A stretch of 64,000 nucleotides of DNA from Bacteroidota bacterium (GTDB lineage Bacteria; Bacteroidota; Bacteroidia; AKYH767-A; 2013-40CM-41-45): assembly GCA_046052345.1 (NCBI GenBank), contig JBJOMN010000001.1:8535-72534 (forward strand), in the 5' to 3' direction. The translations under genes and the position numbers were made by a program. The notes beneath the pieces were generated by a model. That model did no database searches. It was not told where the DNA came from and saw only the letters and a program-made list of their open reading frames with translations. This document shows positions 48,098 through 60,049 of the stretch, piece by piece. The number at the start of each line of letters is the position of its first letter. Positions within the stretch are counted from its first letter, which is position 1.

Positions 48098-48104
48098 GTG
48101 CAGG

Positions 48105-49031
48105 TCACAATTCCTTCATCAGCAAACGGTAAAGTTCCGTCATCGAAGCGATATCTTTTTTATGGACCTTCTCGTCCGGCGTGTGTACATTCTCTTCCGG
48201 AGCGCCGATGAAGCACCAGTCGATCGGGTAGGGTTGCTTCTGCAATTCCGTACCGTCGCTGCCGCCGGAACCCTCCACCTCCAATTGGTAAGGAATTCCG
48301 CTCCGCTCCGCAATGGCCTCGATGCGGTCGGTGAAGCTCTTGCGCGGAATCCCGGAATCCCGGAGAGAAATGGCGGCTCCTTTACCGGCATGAACGCCTT
48401 CGGTCACCCAAGTGATGTCACTGATCAGCGCCTGCCGGATACCGTACTTCTCGAAAAGGAAACGGGCAAGGAACGGCACACTGCCTCCTCCGTGTTCCTC
48501 CCGGCAGGAAAAAACGATTGCACCGTTTTCAAGGTCTTCGCAAAGCCGGAGGGCGTTCCAGACGCCTAATCGGTTGTCCATGTAACAGCACTGCACGGTA
48601 TCATCCGTTTCGCGCCAGTCGGGTGCAAAAGTGAGGACAGTGCCCCGGTCGACAGGCCTGGAATGCCGATAACTGATCCTGTGCTCTTCGTCGATTTCCA
48701 ACGTAGCGGACAGTTCTCCCTGCCGGTCGCTGCCGACCACTTTCATTCCGCTTTGTACGTGCGGGGCGCCGATCCGGACCAGCTGGTCAGCGTACCTTAC
48801 TGTGAAACCGATGGAATCCATGTGTGCATAGACTGCCGTTCTCGGTTTTCCGAAAACAAGTACGATGCATTCCTGAAAGTCCTGTCCGTGGTAGATCTCC
48901 GGAGTAAACTTCCATTCCTTTTGTTTATCACGTATGTGGTCAAGCAGAAAAGCGCTGATCCTTCCCTCGTCTCCTGAAGCAGAACGGATGGCGCACAACT
49001 CCTTCAACAGTTCGAATTCCATATTTTTCAT
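48105..49031 (-). CDS. M42-like (M20/M28 clan) metallo-aminopeptidase
   Basis: SGDE, AHMDSIG, MDNRLG, EEHG, SDIT, GGSDG, VHTPDE; ATGA overlap with the ribD stop. Confidence 0.82.
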   Translation of the reverse strand: MKNMEFELLKELCAIRSASGDEGRISAFLLDHIRDKQKEWKFTPEIYHGQDFQECIVLVFGKPRTAVYAHMDSIGFTVRYADQLVRIGAPHVQSGMKVVGSDRQGELSATLEIDEEHRISYRHSRPVDRGTVLTFAPDWRETDDTVQCCYMDNRLGVWNALRLCEDLENGAIVFSCREEHGGGSVPFLARFLFEKYGIRQALISDITWVTEGVHAGKGAAISLRDSGIPRKSFTDRIEAIAERSGIPYQLEVEGSGGSDGTELQKQPYPIDWCFIGAPEENVHTPDEKVHKKDIASMTELYRLLMKEL

Positions 49032-50071
49032 TTTCGCATCATCCATGTCAGACTGTCGCTGCCGATTGTCTCCTGCCGTATGACCTTCCCGACCAATGCC
49101 GGTGCCGCGATTCCGCGTTCCAAAGGCACAGGGGAGGTGAAGATACGCGCTTCATCCCACAGCGATTCCGCAGACAGGAGGTCGATCAACCTGCGTCCGC
49201 CCTCGACCATGACGCTCAGGATGTTACGCCGGTGCAGTTCTTTGAAAATATTTTGGATGAAGTGTTCGTCTGGTTTCAACTGAACGAATTCGAGGTTGTG
49301 TCCGCCGGTACGCGTCGTGGCCGTGAATACCACTGTCGGGACCTGTTGGTCAAAAAGGTGAAGGCGTGCGGGCAACTTACCTTCACGGTCCACTACGATC
49401 CGCAGGGGACTCTTTCCGGGCCAGTCCCGTGCCGTAAGATGCGGGTTGTCATGAAGCGCAGTAGCTGAACCCACCATGATTGCGCTCTCCTCCGTACGCC
49501 ATTTATGCACCAGCTTTCGGGAGAGGGGGCCTGAAATCCAGTGTATTCCGCTTGAAGTCGTTTCCGGCGCAATGAAGTTGTCTGCCGAACGGGCGAATTT
49601 AAGTACGATGTATGGTCGCTTCTGCAGATGAAACGTGAAGAACCGGCGGTTCAGGAAAGCTCCTTCAGTGTCGAGAATTCCTGTTACGACTTCAATGCCT
49701 GCATCACGCATTCTTCGGATACCGTTTCCTTGCACCGATTCGAAAGGGTCCGTATTGGAAATCATCACTTTTCGGATCCCTCTGGAGATGAGAAGATCAG
49801 CGCAAGGGGGAGTTTTTCCGAAATGGGAGCAGGGTTCCAGATTGACGTATAACGTGGACGTATGCAAAACATCTTCGCCGTGACGGCTTACAGCGTCCGC
49901 AAGGGCATGTACTTCGGCGTGGGGGCCTCCGAAATGCTTGTGCCAGCCTTCCCCCACGATGTCTCCGTCTCTGACAAGTATGCAGCCGACCAAGGGATTG
50001 GGAGCCACATGGCCGGATCCGAGTTCCGCCAATTCGAAACATCGGCGCATATACAGTTCGTGCGGCTCCAT
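49028..50071 (-). CDS. ribD: Bifunctional riboflavin deaminase/reductase
   Basis: PNPLVGC, HAEV, LEPCSHFGKTPPC, DNPHLTAR, VEGG. Confidence 0.96.
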   Translation of the reverse strand: MEPHELYMRRCFELAELGSGHVAPNPLVGCILVRDGDIVGEGWHKHFGGPHAEVHALADAVSRHGEDVLHTSTLYVNLEPCSHFGKTPPCADLLISRGIRKVMISNTDPFESVQGNGIRRMRDAGIEVVTGILDTEGAFLNRRFFTFHLQKRPYIVLKFARSADNFIAPETTSSGIHWISGPLSRKLVHKWRTEESAIMVGSATALHDNPHLTARDWPGKSPLRIVVDREGKLPARLHLFDQQVPTVVFTATTRTGGHNLEFVQLKPDEHFIQNIFKELHRRNILSVMVEGGRRLIDLLSAESLWDEARIFTSPVPLERGIAAPALVGKVIRQETIGSDSLTWMMRK

Positions 50072-50075
50072 ACTT

Positions 50076-50113
50076 CAAAATTAATCAATCCTTCAGTGGT
50101 ATGCGTACCTTTG
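50076..50113. promoter_or_regulatory. Divergent -7 elements for ribD (-) and prmC (+) in a 45-bp gap
   Basis: Minus strand TAATTTTG-AAGT-ATG; plus strand TACCTTTG-GAC-ATG. Confidence 0.6.
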
Positions 50114-50116
50114 GAC

Positions 50117-50983
50117 ATGCTTCTGGGCGAAATCATTTCCCACTTCCACGAGCGCCTGACCTCAGTCATGGAGCTGGAGGAAGCGCATGCAGTCACTTCG
50201 CGGGTAGTGGAGCATTTCCTCTCCCTGAAAAGGGTTGAACAGGTGCTGAACAAAGGGGTGCGGGTGCAGGAAGTCGATGTGTCAATGATGATGGATGCCT
50301 TGGCTCGCCTGCTCACGCACGAGCCGCTGCAGTACGTGCTGGGTTCGGCCCCTTTCATGGGGTATGAATTCCTGGTCGATCCTTCCGTCCTTATACCCCG
50401 GCCGGAGACCGAAGAGCTGGTCGGATGGATACTTGATACCACCTCCGGATCTGTCTCAGGGAAGCTTGTTGATTTCGGTACCGGTTCAGGTTGTATACCC
50501 ATCAGCTTCGCATTGAAACGTCCGGGCTGGAGCACGGAAGGCGTGGATAAGTCGGTTTCGGCTTTGGAAACCGCCAAGAGAAACTCGGAACGGTTGAACG
50601 CTCCGGTCCGATTCGGAATACTCGATATGCTGGCCTATGATGCTCAAGAGGCCTATCCTTCCTCCGGACTGGATGTGATGGTCAGTAATCCGCCGTATAT
50701 CCCGGCGGGCGAGTCCGAATCGATGGAAACCAAAGTGACCGGCTTTGAACCGGCCATCGCCCTTTTCACCCCCGAAGACGATCCCTTGCTTTTTTACCGG
50801 GCTCTCCAGCGGCTCGCTTCCGTTTTTCTCGCACCGGGCGGATTTCTTTTCCTGGAAGTGCATGAGCGCTACGCACGGGAAACGCTGCGCCTTTTCAATG
50901 ACGAATCCTTCACACAGCCGGAGCTCCGATCCGACCTCTCCGGAAAACCCCGAATGATCCGTGTGAGGAAAGCTTACGCATGA
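50117..50983 (+). CDS. prmC: Release factor glutamine methyltransferase
   Basis: EPLQYVLG, VLIPRPETEELV, DFGTGSGCI, SNPPYI, EP..ALF. Start moved to MLLGEI, which removes the overlap with ribD. Confidence 0.94.
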   Translation: MLLGEIISHFHERLTSVMELEEAHAVTSRVVEHFLSLKRVEQVLNKGVRVQEVDVSMMMDALARLLTHEPLQYVLGSAPFMGYEFLVDPSVLIPRPETEELVGWILDTTSGSVSGKLVDFGTGSGCIPISFALKRPGWSTEGVDKSVSALETAKRNSERLNAPVRFGILDMLAYDAQEAYPSSGLDVMVSNPPYIPAGESESMETKVTGFEPAIALFTPEDDPLLFYRALQRLASVFLAPGGFLFLEVHERYARETLRLFNDESFTQPELRSDLSGKPRMIRVRKAYA

Positions 50984-53095
<2,112 letters not shown>

Positions 53096-53148
53096 GCCGG
53101 TCCTATTCGGGTAATAATGGTACCTTTACCTGACCTGAAATCCGCGTC

Positions 53149-53703
53149 TTGAAACTGACCCTTCCCGTCCGTACACTTCTGGGCCGCATGCAGTTGCGCA
53201 AGGATATCCGAAAGCGTTCGGTCGATCATTCCACCGTCGGTTTTTCGGAAGCCCGGCGGATAGGCATTCTGTACGATGCCACCGATGCCGCCGATTTCGA
53301 AGCGGTCAAGGATTATATCAAACGCATCAGGACGGACTTCCGGAAGGATTTGCTTTCGTTGGGATTCGTAGACAAGAAGAAGCTGCCCAAGGAGCAGTTT
53401 CCGCAGTACGGGATGGACTTGTTCACCCGTAAAGGCATCGATTTCAGGATGGTCCCTAACGACCCTATCGTACACAATTTCATCAACGAGCGGTTTGACA
53501 TACTCATCAACCTGCATGACGGCAAACTGCTTCCCCTCCGATATGTCTCCGCCATGTCGAACGCCCGCTTCCGTGTAGGACGATATGACAAGCGTTCGGT
53601 CGACTCCTACGACATGATGGTGAATCTGACCGGTAATCCTTCCGTGAGTCAGATCCTCGAGGAGACGGAGGCATTCCTGCGAAAGCTCAATAACCGGTCA
53701 TGA
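53149..53703 (+). CDS. Conserved Bacteroidota hypothetical protein (DUF6913-like)
   Basis: IGILYDA, FINERFDILINL, A.FRVG, YD.M; sits between ligA and dapA with an ATGA overlap. Confidence 0.7.
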   Translation: MKLTLPVRTLLGRMQLRKDIRKRSVDHSTVGFSEARRIGILYDATDAADFEAVKDYIKRIRTDFRKDLLSLGFVDKKKLPKEQFPQYGMDLFTRKGIDFRMVPNDPIVHNFINERFDILINLHDGKLLPLRYVSAMSNARFRVGRYDKRSVDSYDMMVNLTGNPSVSQILEETEAFLRKLNNRS

Positions 53704-54572
53704 ACATCAACAAGCTCAAAGGGACTGGAGTCGCTCTCGTGACTCCTTTTGACAGGTCCGGCAACATCGATTTTCCGGCCCTGCGTAAACTTGTAGAGCA
53801 TTGCATACGCGGAAAGGTCGATTACCTCGTGCCTATGGGGACGACGGGAGAATCCGTAACCCTTTCTGCAAAAGAACGACGTGCCGTCGTCGACTTCATC
53901 GTGGAGATCAATCGCGGACGAGTACCTGTCATGATGGGGCTTGGCGGAAATAACACGGAAGAGGTACTTCGATCGTTCGACGACTACGACTTTGACGGGA
54001 TAGCCGCAGTACTTTCGGTTTCGCCATACTACAACCGGCCTTCCCAGACCGGTATCATCAGACATTATAAAGCGATAGCCCGTCAAAGCCCCGTCCCCGT
54101 CATCGCATACAATGTCCCTGCAAGGACCGGTTCCGCCATGGAAGCGACCACCACCCTTGAGTTGGCCTACGGTGCCGACAACCTAGTAGGTATCAAGGAA
54201 GCTTCCGGCAGCATGGAACGGGTGATGGCGATCCTTCAGGATCGGCCTTCGGGATTTCTTGTCATCAGCGGCGACGATGCCCTGACCTTGCCGATCATCG
54301 CATGTGGCGGAGATGGTCTGATATCGGTGATTGCCAATGCCTATCCACGTGAGACTTCCGGCATGGTAAAGGCGGCGCTCGCCGGCGACTACAAGTTAGC
54401 CCGCAAGCATCATTACGGGTTGCTGGAAATGACGAATGCCATTTTCGCAGAGGGAAGTCCTTCCGGAATCAAGGGCCTGCTCCAGCTCAAGGGCATCTGC
54501 TCCGGGCATGTACGTATGCCGTTGGTACCTGCATCCAAGGCGTTGCTTTCCCGGCTCCATTCATTGATGTGA
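53700..54572 (+). CDS. dapA: 4-hydroxy-tetrahydrodipicolinate synthase
   Basis: GVALVTPF, GTTGES, SPYYNRP, YNVPARTG, GIKEASG, SGDD, ISVIAN. Confidence 0.97.
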   Translation: MNINKLKGTGVALVTPFDRSGNIDFPALRKLVEHCIRGKVDYLVPMGTTGESVTLSAKERRAVVDFIVEINRGRVPVMMGLGGNNTEEVLRSFDDYDFDGIAAVLSVSPYYNRPSQTGIIRHYKAIARQSPVPVIAYNVPARTGSAMEATTTLELAYGADNLVGIKEASGSMERVMAILQDRPSGFLVISGDDALTLPIIACGGDGLISVIANAYPRETSGMVKAALAGDYKLARKHHYGLLEMTNAIFAEGSPSGIKGLLQLKGICSGHVRMPLVPASKALLSRLHSLM

Positions 54573-54591
54573 GCAGGCAGGAGCGGGCTCT

Positions 54592-54619
54592 GAACTTTCA
54601 GGGATTCCGTTTGTTCTCA
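54592..54619 (+). promoter_or_regulatory. Putative sigmaE/ECF-type promoter for the TonB-dependent receptor
   Basis: GAACTT-N17-TCTCA ending 16 nt before the ATG; no TAnnTTTG in the gap. Confidence 0.4.
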
Positions 54620-54635
54620 TCATTTACAACCGAAA

Positions 54636-57008
54636 ATGAACAGACACCTCGCGCTTCTCCTATTCCTTTTTCTGCCTTTTTTCTCTTTTTCCCAGACCGG
54701 CACCATTCGCGGAAAGGTCGTTGATAAACTCAATCACCAACCGGTGCCTTTCGCTCCGGTAGGAATATCGGTACTTGGAGTAGGTGTCACTACCGACACT
54801 GCAGGCGTGTTCGAAATGAAGGGACTGGTGCCAGGGGTTTACAACGTGGAAGTGAACGTCCTGGGATATAAGCCGGTCACTGTATTCGAGGTGCCGGTCA
54901 GCGGTACACGGGTGAAGGTGCTTGAAATCGAGCTGGAGGAACAGTTGAAAGACCTCCGGGAGGTGGAAGTCAGGCCGGATGCATTCGTACGCAAAGAAGA
55001 ATCCCCTCTATCGGCCTACACGATAGGGGAAGTGGAGGTGAAGAGGAATCCCGGCTCCAACCGCGACGTCTCGAAAGCGCTGCAATCCTTGCCCGGCGTC
55101 GCCGCTACCGCCAGTTTCCGTAACGACCTGATCATCCGTGGAGGTTCTTCGTATGAGAACAGATTCTACCTCGACGGTGTCGAGGTCCCCAACATCAATC
55201 ATTTTTCCACCCAAGGGGCGACGGGAGGTCCCGTAGGAATGATCAATGTCGATTTTATACGTGACGTGGATTTCTATTCCGGCGCTTTCCCTGCGCAGCG
55301 CGGCAATACGCTCAGTTCGGTCCTGGATTTCAAGCTCAAGGAAGGACGATCCGATAAGACCGGGTATACCTTCAGCCTTGGTGCCACGGACCTGGCCGCC
55401 ACCATCGACGGGCCGATCGGCAAGGATGTCACCTACATCGCATCCTGGAGGCGTAGTTACCTGCAGTTTCTGTTCCAGGCGATCGGATTGCCTTTCCTGC
55501 CGAGGTACGATGATTTCCTTGCGAAGGTCCGATGGAAGATCGATGACAGGAACGAGATCACTTTCATCGGGTTGGGTGCCGACGACGTGGTCACTTTGAA
55601 CGAGGAAGACAACGAAACGGAATACCAGAAATACGTACTCGGATACATCCCCGAGAACAGTCAGTGGAATTATACTACGGGAGCTTCTTACAAGCACTAC
55701 CGCGAGAAAGGCTATTCGACAGTGGTTCTCAGCCGGAATGTGCTGTACAATCAGGCGTTGAAATACCAGGGTAACGACGAAAGCTCGGAGGCCAATAAGG
55801 TCCTTCAGTATTCCAGCCGGGAGACGGAGAACAAACTCCGTTGGGAAAACGTCCTCCGTACGAACGGATGGAAGGCTGTATACGGAGCAGCCCTCGAAAG
55901 TGCGGAATACTCCACCAATACGTTCAACCGGCTTCCCTTCGGTACGGTTGTCGATTATACCTCGGCTGTCACGTTATTCAAATACGGTGCTTTCGCACAG
56001 CTTTCCCGTTCATTTTTCTCGGACAAGTTGTCCGTATCTGCCGGCATGCGCATGGATGCGAATTCCTACAGTGCCGTCATGTCGAATCCACTAGATCAGC
56101 TTTCCCCGCGCATAGCGGCCTCCTGGGCGTTTACGGACCGGATCAGGTTGAATGCCAATGCTGGCAGGTACTACCAGTTGCCCCCTTATACGGTGCTGGG
56201 TTACAAGGATGCATCCGGAGAGTTCGTCAACCGTCCGGCGGCGAAATATATCCGCTGCGATCATCTTGTGGCCGGCGTCGAATACACGACTAAGAAAGCG
56301 CTGCGGGTGGCGCTGGAAGGATTCCGCAAGATGTACAGCCGCTATCCGTTCGACCTGCGCGATTCCGTCAGCCTTGCGAATCTCGGCAACGATTTCGGTG
56401 TTATAGGGAATGTGCCGGTGTCAAGCGATAATGAAGGCATTTCCACCGGTGTGGAACTTTCTGTGCAACAGAAGTTCAACGGACACCTCTACGGCATCTT
56501 CGCGTACACTTTCCTGCGCAGCGAATTCCAGGACATCAATGGGAATTATATCCCTTCCAGCTGGGATTACCGTCATTCCGTCAGTCTTACAGGCGGTTAT
56601 TATTTCAAGAGGAACTGGGAAGTAGGAGCGAGGTTCCGCTATAACAGCGGACAGCCGTACACTCCCTACGATACCGTCACCTCCCTGCAGGCGTCCAATT
56701 GGGATATCACCGGTCAGGCCATCCCTGACAGGTCCCGGCTTAACGCATCGGTTACCGGCCCTTTCCGTCAGCTCGACATTCGCGTCGACAAGAAATACTT
56801 TTTCACAAAATGGAGCCTTGACCTGTACCTCGATATCCAGAATCTGCTGGGATCGAAGACTGTCCAGCAGCCGTTTTTGACTGCCGAACTGGATGCGAAC
56901 GGGAATCCTGTACCGGATACCGGCAATCCGGGCAGCTATGAGGCAAATTTCATTGAAAATGTTTCAGGAAACAGGATTCCGACCATCGGTTTCGTAGCGG
57001 AATTCTGA
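54636..57008 (+). CDS. TonB-dependent outer-membrane receptor with N-terminal carboxypeptidase-regulatory-like domain
   Basis: Signal peptide then QTGTIRGKV, plug LQSLPGV...IIRGG..EN.FYLDG, FYSGAFPA..G..LSSV, beta-barrel, C-terminal Phe. Confidence 0.92.
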   Translation: MNRHLALLLFLFLPFFSFSQTGTIRGKVVDKLNHQPVPFAPVGISVLGVGVTTDTAGVFEMKGLVPGVYNVEVNVLGYKPVTVFEVPVSGTRVKVLEIELEEQLKDLREVEVRPDAFVRKEESPLSAYTIGEVEVKRNPGSNRDVSKALQSLPGVAATASFRNDLIIRGGSSYENRFYLDGVEVPNINHFSTQGATGGPVGMINVDFIRDVDFYSGAFPAQRGNTLSSVLDFKLKEGRSDKTGYTFSLGATDLAATIDGPIGKDVTYIASWRRSYLQFLFQAIGLPFLPRYDDFLAKVRWKIDDRNEITFIGLGADDVVTLNEEDNETEYQKYVLGYIPENSQWNYTTGASYKHYREKGYSTVVLSRNVLYNQALKYQGNDESSEANKVLQYSSRETENKLRWENVLRTNGWKAVYGAALESAEYSTNTFNRLPFGTVVDYTSAVTLFKYGAFAQLSRSFFSDKLSVSAGMRMDANSYSAVMSNPLDQLSPRIAASWAFTDRIRLNANAGRYYQLPPYTVLGYKDASGEFVNRPAAKYIRCDHLVAGVEYTTKKALRVALEGFRKMYSRYPFDLRDSVSLANLGNDFGVIGNVPVSSDNEGISTGVELSVQQKFNGHLYGIFAYTFLRSEFQDINGNYIPSSWDYRHSVSLTGGYYFKRNWEVGARFRYNSGQPYTPYDTVTSLQASNWDITGQAIPDRSRLNASVTGPFRQLDIRVDKKYFFTKWSLDLYLDIQNLLGSKTVQQPFLTAELDANGNPVPDTGNPGSYEANFIENVSGNRIPTIGFVAEF

Positions 57009-57067
57009 TGATTATTCCGCTTCCGGGTTAACGGAAATTGGCTACATTTACTTCAAGCTAATTCACC

Positions 57068-58162
57068 ATGAAAACCCGTCTTTTTTTCTTGTCCGCAATG
57101 TTGTGTTTCACCTTCAAAGGTGTGAATGCCCAGATCACCATTGGTACGGCTGATCTTCCGTCAGCGAATGATACATTCCGGCTATCGGTAGCGAACCCTC
57201 CTGCTGGTGCCGATTTCACACTCACCGGAGCTAATTACAACTGGGATTTCTCGCAACTGGTTCCTCAGTCGCAACGCGTAGATACTTTCTTTCCGGTTTC
57301 AGCCACCGGGAATTTTCAGTTCCTCTTCGGCTTCAGTTCCAACCTGGCTACCAAGGGCGGTAATTTCAACGTCGGTACGGGTCCTGTAGGTGCTACGGGA
57401 ACGGATGTATATAATTTCTACAAAAACAGTACAGCTTCCTATGCCCAGACGGGCCTTGGTGCATCATTCAACAACCTGCCCATCCCGTCGATTTTCAATC
57501 CCAAGGATCTGGTCTATTCTTTTCCGCTTAGTTTCGGTGACCGCGACAGCTGCTTCTCTTCGTATGCTCTGGATCTGAGTCCGCTTGGTATTTATTTCAG
57601 GGGTGACCGGAATCGGATCAATGTCGTTGACGGTTGGGGTACGCTTACCACCCCCTTCGGAAGCAGGAACGTGATCCGTGTGAAGACCACCGTTGTAGAG
57701 GTGGACAGTATCCATATCGATACTTTCGGTATCGTCTTCGGTACTACGCTTCCGCCGACCACCACTGTAGAATACAAATGGCTCGCAGCAGGCGAAGGCG
57801 TACCTTTCCTGCAGGCCAATACCGGCCAGAACGGAACCGTTAACCAGATCATCTACCGCGACCAGCGACGTTCTCTGATCGGGGTGGAGGAGATCGATGC
57901 CGCCGACGGTCTTGAAGTCTATCCGAACCCCTCCTCGGACGCCCTTTTCATTTCCAACAGCAACTCCAAGAGATTTTCATGCTCGTTATCCCTGCTTGAT
58001 GTCCAGGGGAAAGTCGTGCTGTCCAGGTCTTTGGAAATGTTGCCCGGAGAAACGGCACGTATAGACTACGAAGGAAGACTCTCCCCGGGTCAGTATGTGC
58101 TGCATCTTCAGTCGGGAACCGATATCCGTGTCAAACTGATCACGGTAGCAGGAAGCCGATAA
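57068..58162 (+). CDS. T9SS type-A cargo protein of unknown function
   Basis: Signal peptide then QITI, TGANYNWDFS, DGWGTLTTPFG, C-terminal VYPNPS...LLDVQGKVV...LSPGQYVL..KL. Confidence 0.83.
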   Translation: MKTRLFFLSAMLCFTFKGVNAQITIGTADLPSANDTFRLSVANPPAGADFTLTGANYNWDFSQLVPQSQRVDTFFPVSATGNFQFLFGFSSNLATKGGNFNVGTGPVGATGTDVYNFYKNSTASYAQTGLGASFNNLPIPSIFNPKDLVYSFPLSFGDRDSCFSSYALDLSPLGIYFRGDRNRINVVDGWGTLTTPFGSRNVIRVKTTVVEVDSIHIDTFGIVFGTTLPPTTTVEYKWLAAGEGVPFLQANTGQNGTVNQIIYRDQRRSLIGVEEIDAADGLEVYPNPSSDALFISNSNSKRFSCSLSLLDVQGKVVLSRSLEMLPGETARIDYEGRLSPGQYVLHLQSGTDIRVKLITVAGSR

Positions 58163-58170
58163 CGGCTTCC
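58151..58170. terminator. Hairpin between convergent genes
   Basis: GGAAGCCG-ATAA-CGGCTTCC spanning the stop codon; no clear U-tract. Confidence 0.4.
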
Positions 58171-58192
58171 GCCGCTGAAGGCCGTAATCAAA

Positions 58193-58687
58193 TCAGGAAG
58201 TACGGAGTGAATTCTTCCGGTCGGCCATTTTTACGGCCGTCACTGCCGCCTCTATGCCTTTGTTCCCATGTATGCCGCCCGCCCTGTCAAGGGCCTGTTG
58301 CATCGTGTCAGGAGTGAGGACACCGAAAACGAACGGTATGCCTGCAGAAAGGTTCAGTTGCATCAGTCCGTTGGCAACGGCTTCGCAGATGAAGTCGAAG
58401 TGACGGGTTTCTCCCTGGATGACGCAGCCCAGGCAAATGACGGCCGAGGGTTTCAGTTGTTCGGCCAGCCATTTGGCTCCCAACGGCAATTCATAGCTTC
58501 CGGGGACATTGAGCCGGTGCAGGTCTTTTTCGTCGGCTCCAAGGTCGGTCAACGCCTTGCGTGCCCCTTCAAAAAGGGTTTCCGTCACCTCGTGGTTCCA
58601 TTCCGAAACGACGATGCCGAAGGTCATTCCCTTCGCTGAAACACCTTCGGGGGAATAATCCGACAAGTTCTTGTGGGCGGATGACAT
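58193..58687 (-). CDS. ribH: 6,7-dimethyl-8-ribityllumazine synthase
   Basis: IVVSEWN, VPGSYELP, LGCVIQGETRHF, FGVLT, QALDRAGG..GNKG.EAA. Confidence 0.97.
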   Translation of the reverse strand: MSSAHKNLSDYSPEGVSAKGMTFGIVVSEWNHEVTETLFEGARKALTDLGADEKDLHRLNVPGSYELPLGAKWLAEQLKPSAVICLGCVIQGETRHFDFICEAVANGLMQLNLSAGIPFVFGVLTPDTMQQALDRAGGIHGNKGIEAAVTAVKMADRKNSLRTS

Positions 58688-58708
58688 GGTCTGTGGTATT
58701 ATCAGGTC

Positions 58709-58742
58709 AAAAAAAATCGGGCTGATGGATAGTATCAGCCCG
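58709..58742 (-). terminator. Intrinsic terminator between the TPR gene and ribH
   Basis: Minus strand CGGGCTGAT-actatcc-ATCAGCCCG-ATTTTTTTT. Confidence 0.75.
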
Positions 58743-58765
58743 TTTGAAATTTGAATGACCGCGAA

Positions 58766-59446
58766 TCATTCGCCGGCCAAAGCGTTCGCGCGGGCGATGT
58801 AACGGTCTGCCTGGGCGCCTTCGGAAGAAGTAGGATAGTCCTTCTTGATACGTTCGTAGACCGTGATAGCATCCTTGTATTCCCCTTTCGATTCCAGAGC
58901 ACCACCGAGTTTCATCAGCATGATGGGCGTCGAGAAATTGTTCGGGTTTTCCTTGGAAGCCTTTTCGTAAAAACCGATCGCTTCCTCGGTGTTGTTGAGC
59001 TCCATGTAAGCGTCGCCGATCGCACCCAAGGCCAGGGAACCTGTAATCCGGTCTTCCCCGTCGTAACTTTTAAGTGCCTCAATCGCCTTATCGTACTCCT
59101 TGAGGCGCATATAAGACATGCCCAGGTAATATTTGGCAAGATTACCGGAAGGACTTACCGAGTATTCACTGGCGATTTCCTCGAAACCGGGATTGTTACC
59201 GTCTCCGTTGACAGCCAGTTTCAGGGAATCGTTTTTGAAATATTCTTCGGCATGGAACATCACGGCTTGCGCATCGCGCTCCTTGCCGGCCACGTATACT
59301 TTCTGGTAGAACAGGTAACCACCGACGGCAACGACGAGAGCGCCGACGATGATGCTGAGGCTTTTACGGTTACTTTGTATGAAATCCTCGGTCTTGCCGA
59401 TGACCTCTTGGACTACCTGGTCCTGGTTGGTTTGATTTTCAGACAT
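58766..59446 (-). CDS. Membrane-anchored TPR protein (YfgM-like)
   Basis: Single N-terminal TM (LSIIVGALVVAVGGYLFY) followed by TPR-like helical repeats. Confidence 0.82.
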   Translation of the reverse strand: MSENQTNQDQVVQEVIGKTEDFIQSNRKSLSIIVGALVVAVGGYLFYQKVYVAGKERDAQAVMFHAEEYFKNDSLKLAVNGDGNNPGFEEIASEYSVSPSGNLAKYYLGMSYMRLKEYDKAIEALKSYDGEDRITGSLALGAIGDAYMELNNTEEAIGFYEKASKENPNNFSTPIMLMKLGGALESKGEYKDAITVYERIKKDYPTSSEGAQADRYIARANALAGE

Positions 59447-59585
59447 TTTATGACCTTTTGTTGAAAATTGACTGCAAAAATAACCTTTTTATCCGAGCTT
59501 CCAACCCCGGATTGGGCACATCTCCCTGTTTATCAACAGTGAGAAGGGATTCAAAAACAGCCGAAAAACGCCGTATTTTGCACTT

Positions 59586-60044
59586 ATGAAACATCTATCG
59601 ATCATCTTCCTCGGAATCTTGTCAATGGTAACTTACGGTTGCGGTAACAAGTCCTCTGAGGGCAATTACGGAGCGCAAGTGGACACTACCGTCTATCTGT
59701 CACCGGATGAGGTTTTCAACGGTTTGGACAGTGCCATCTCTGTCGATTGTACGGTCAAAGGAACCGTTACGGAAGTTTGTCAGGCCGAAGGCTGCTGGCT
59801 GAAGTTGAAAAAGTCGGACGGTTCAGGACTCCTGGTACGGGCGAAGGGACATTCTTTCACGGTCCCGAAAGACATTGCCGACCATACCGTTTATGTGACC
59901 GGTATCGCCCGTTTCGATACAACGGATGTGGAGACACTCAAGGATTATGCGAAAGATGCCGGCAAGTCTCAGGCAGAGATCGATTCCATCACATCTCCTG
60001 AAATCACGCCGCTTATCGAAGCCGAAGGAGTGCTGGTCCGTTGA
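59586..60044 (+). CDS. DUF4920-like lipoprotein
   Basis: YGC lipobox, YG, GTVTEVCQAEGCW, F.VPKD, YAKDAGKS..EI, EAEGV. Confidence 0.8.
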   Translation: MKHLSIIFLGILSMVTYGCGNKSSEGNYGAQVDTTVYLSPDEVFNGLDSAISVDCTVKGTVTEVCQAEGCWLKLKKSDGSGLLVRAKGHSFTVPKDIADHTVYVTGIARFDTTDVETLKDYAKDAGKSQAEIDSITSPEITPLIEAEGVLVR

Positions 60045-60049
60045 GGGAA

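Noticed and set aside
49862-50116. Long N-terminal extension of prmC overlapping ribD (likewise ORF-track extensions of the dehydratase, hmgA, glyA and nucleotidyltransferase)
   Set aside because: Family similarity begins at downstream Met codons, several of which have adjacent -7 elements; the extensions are longest-ORF artefacts.
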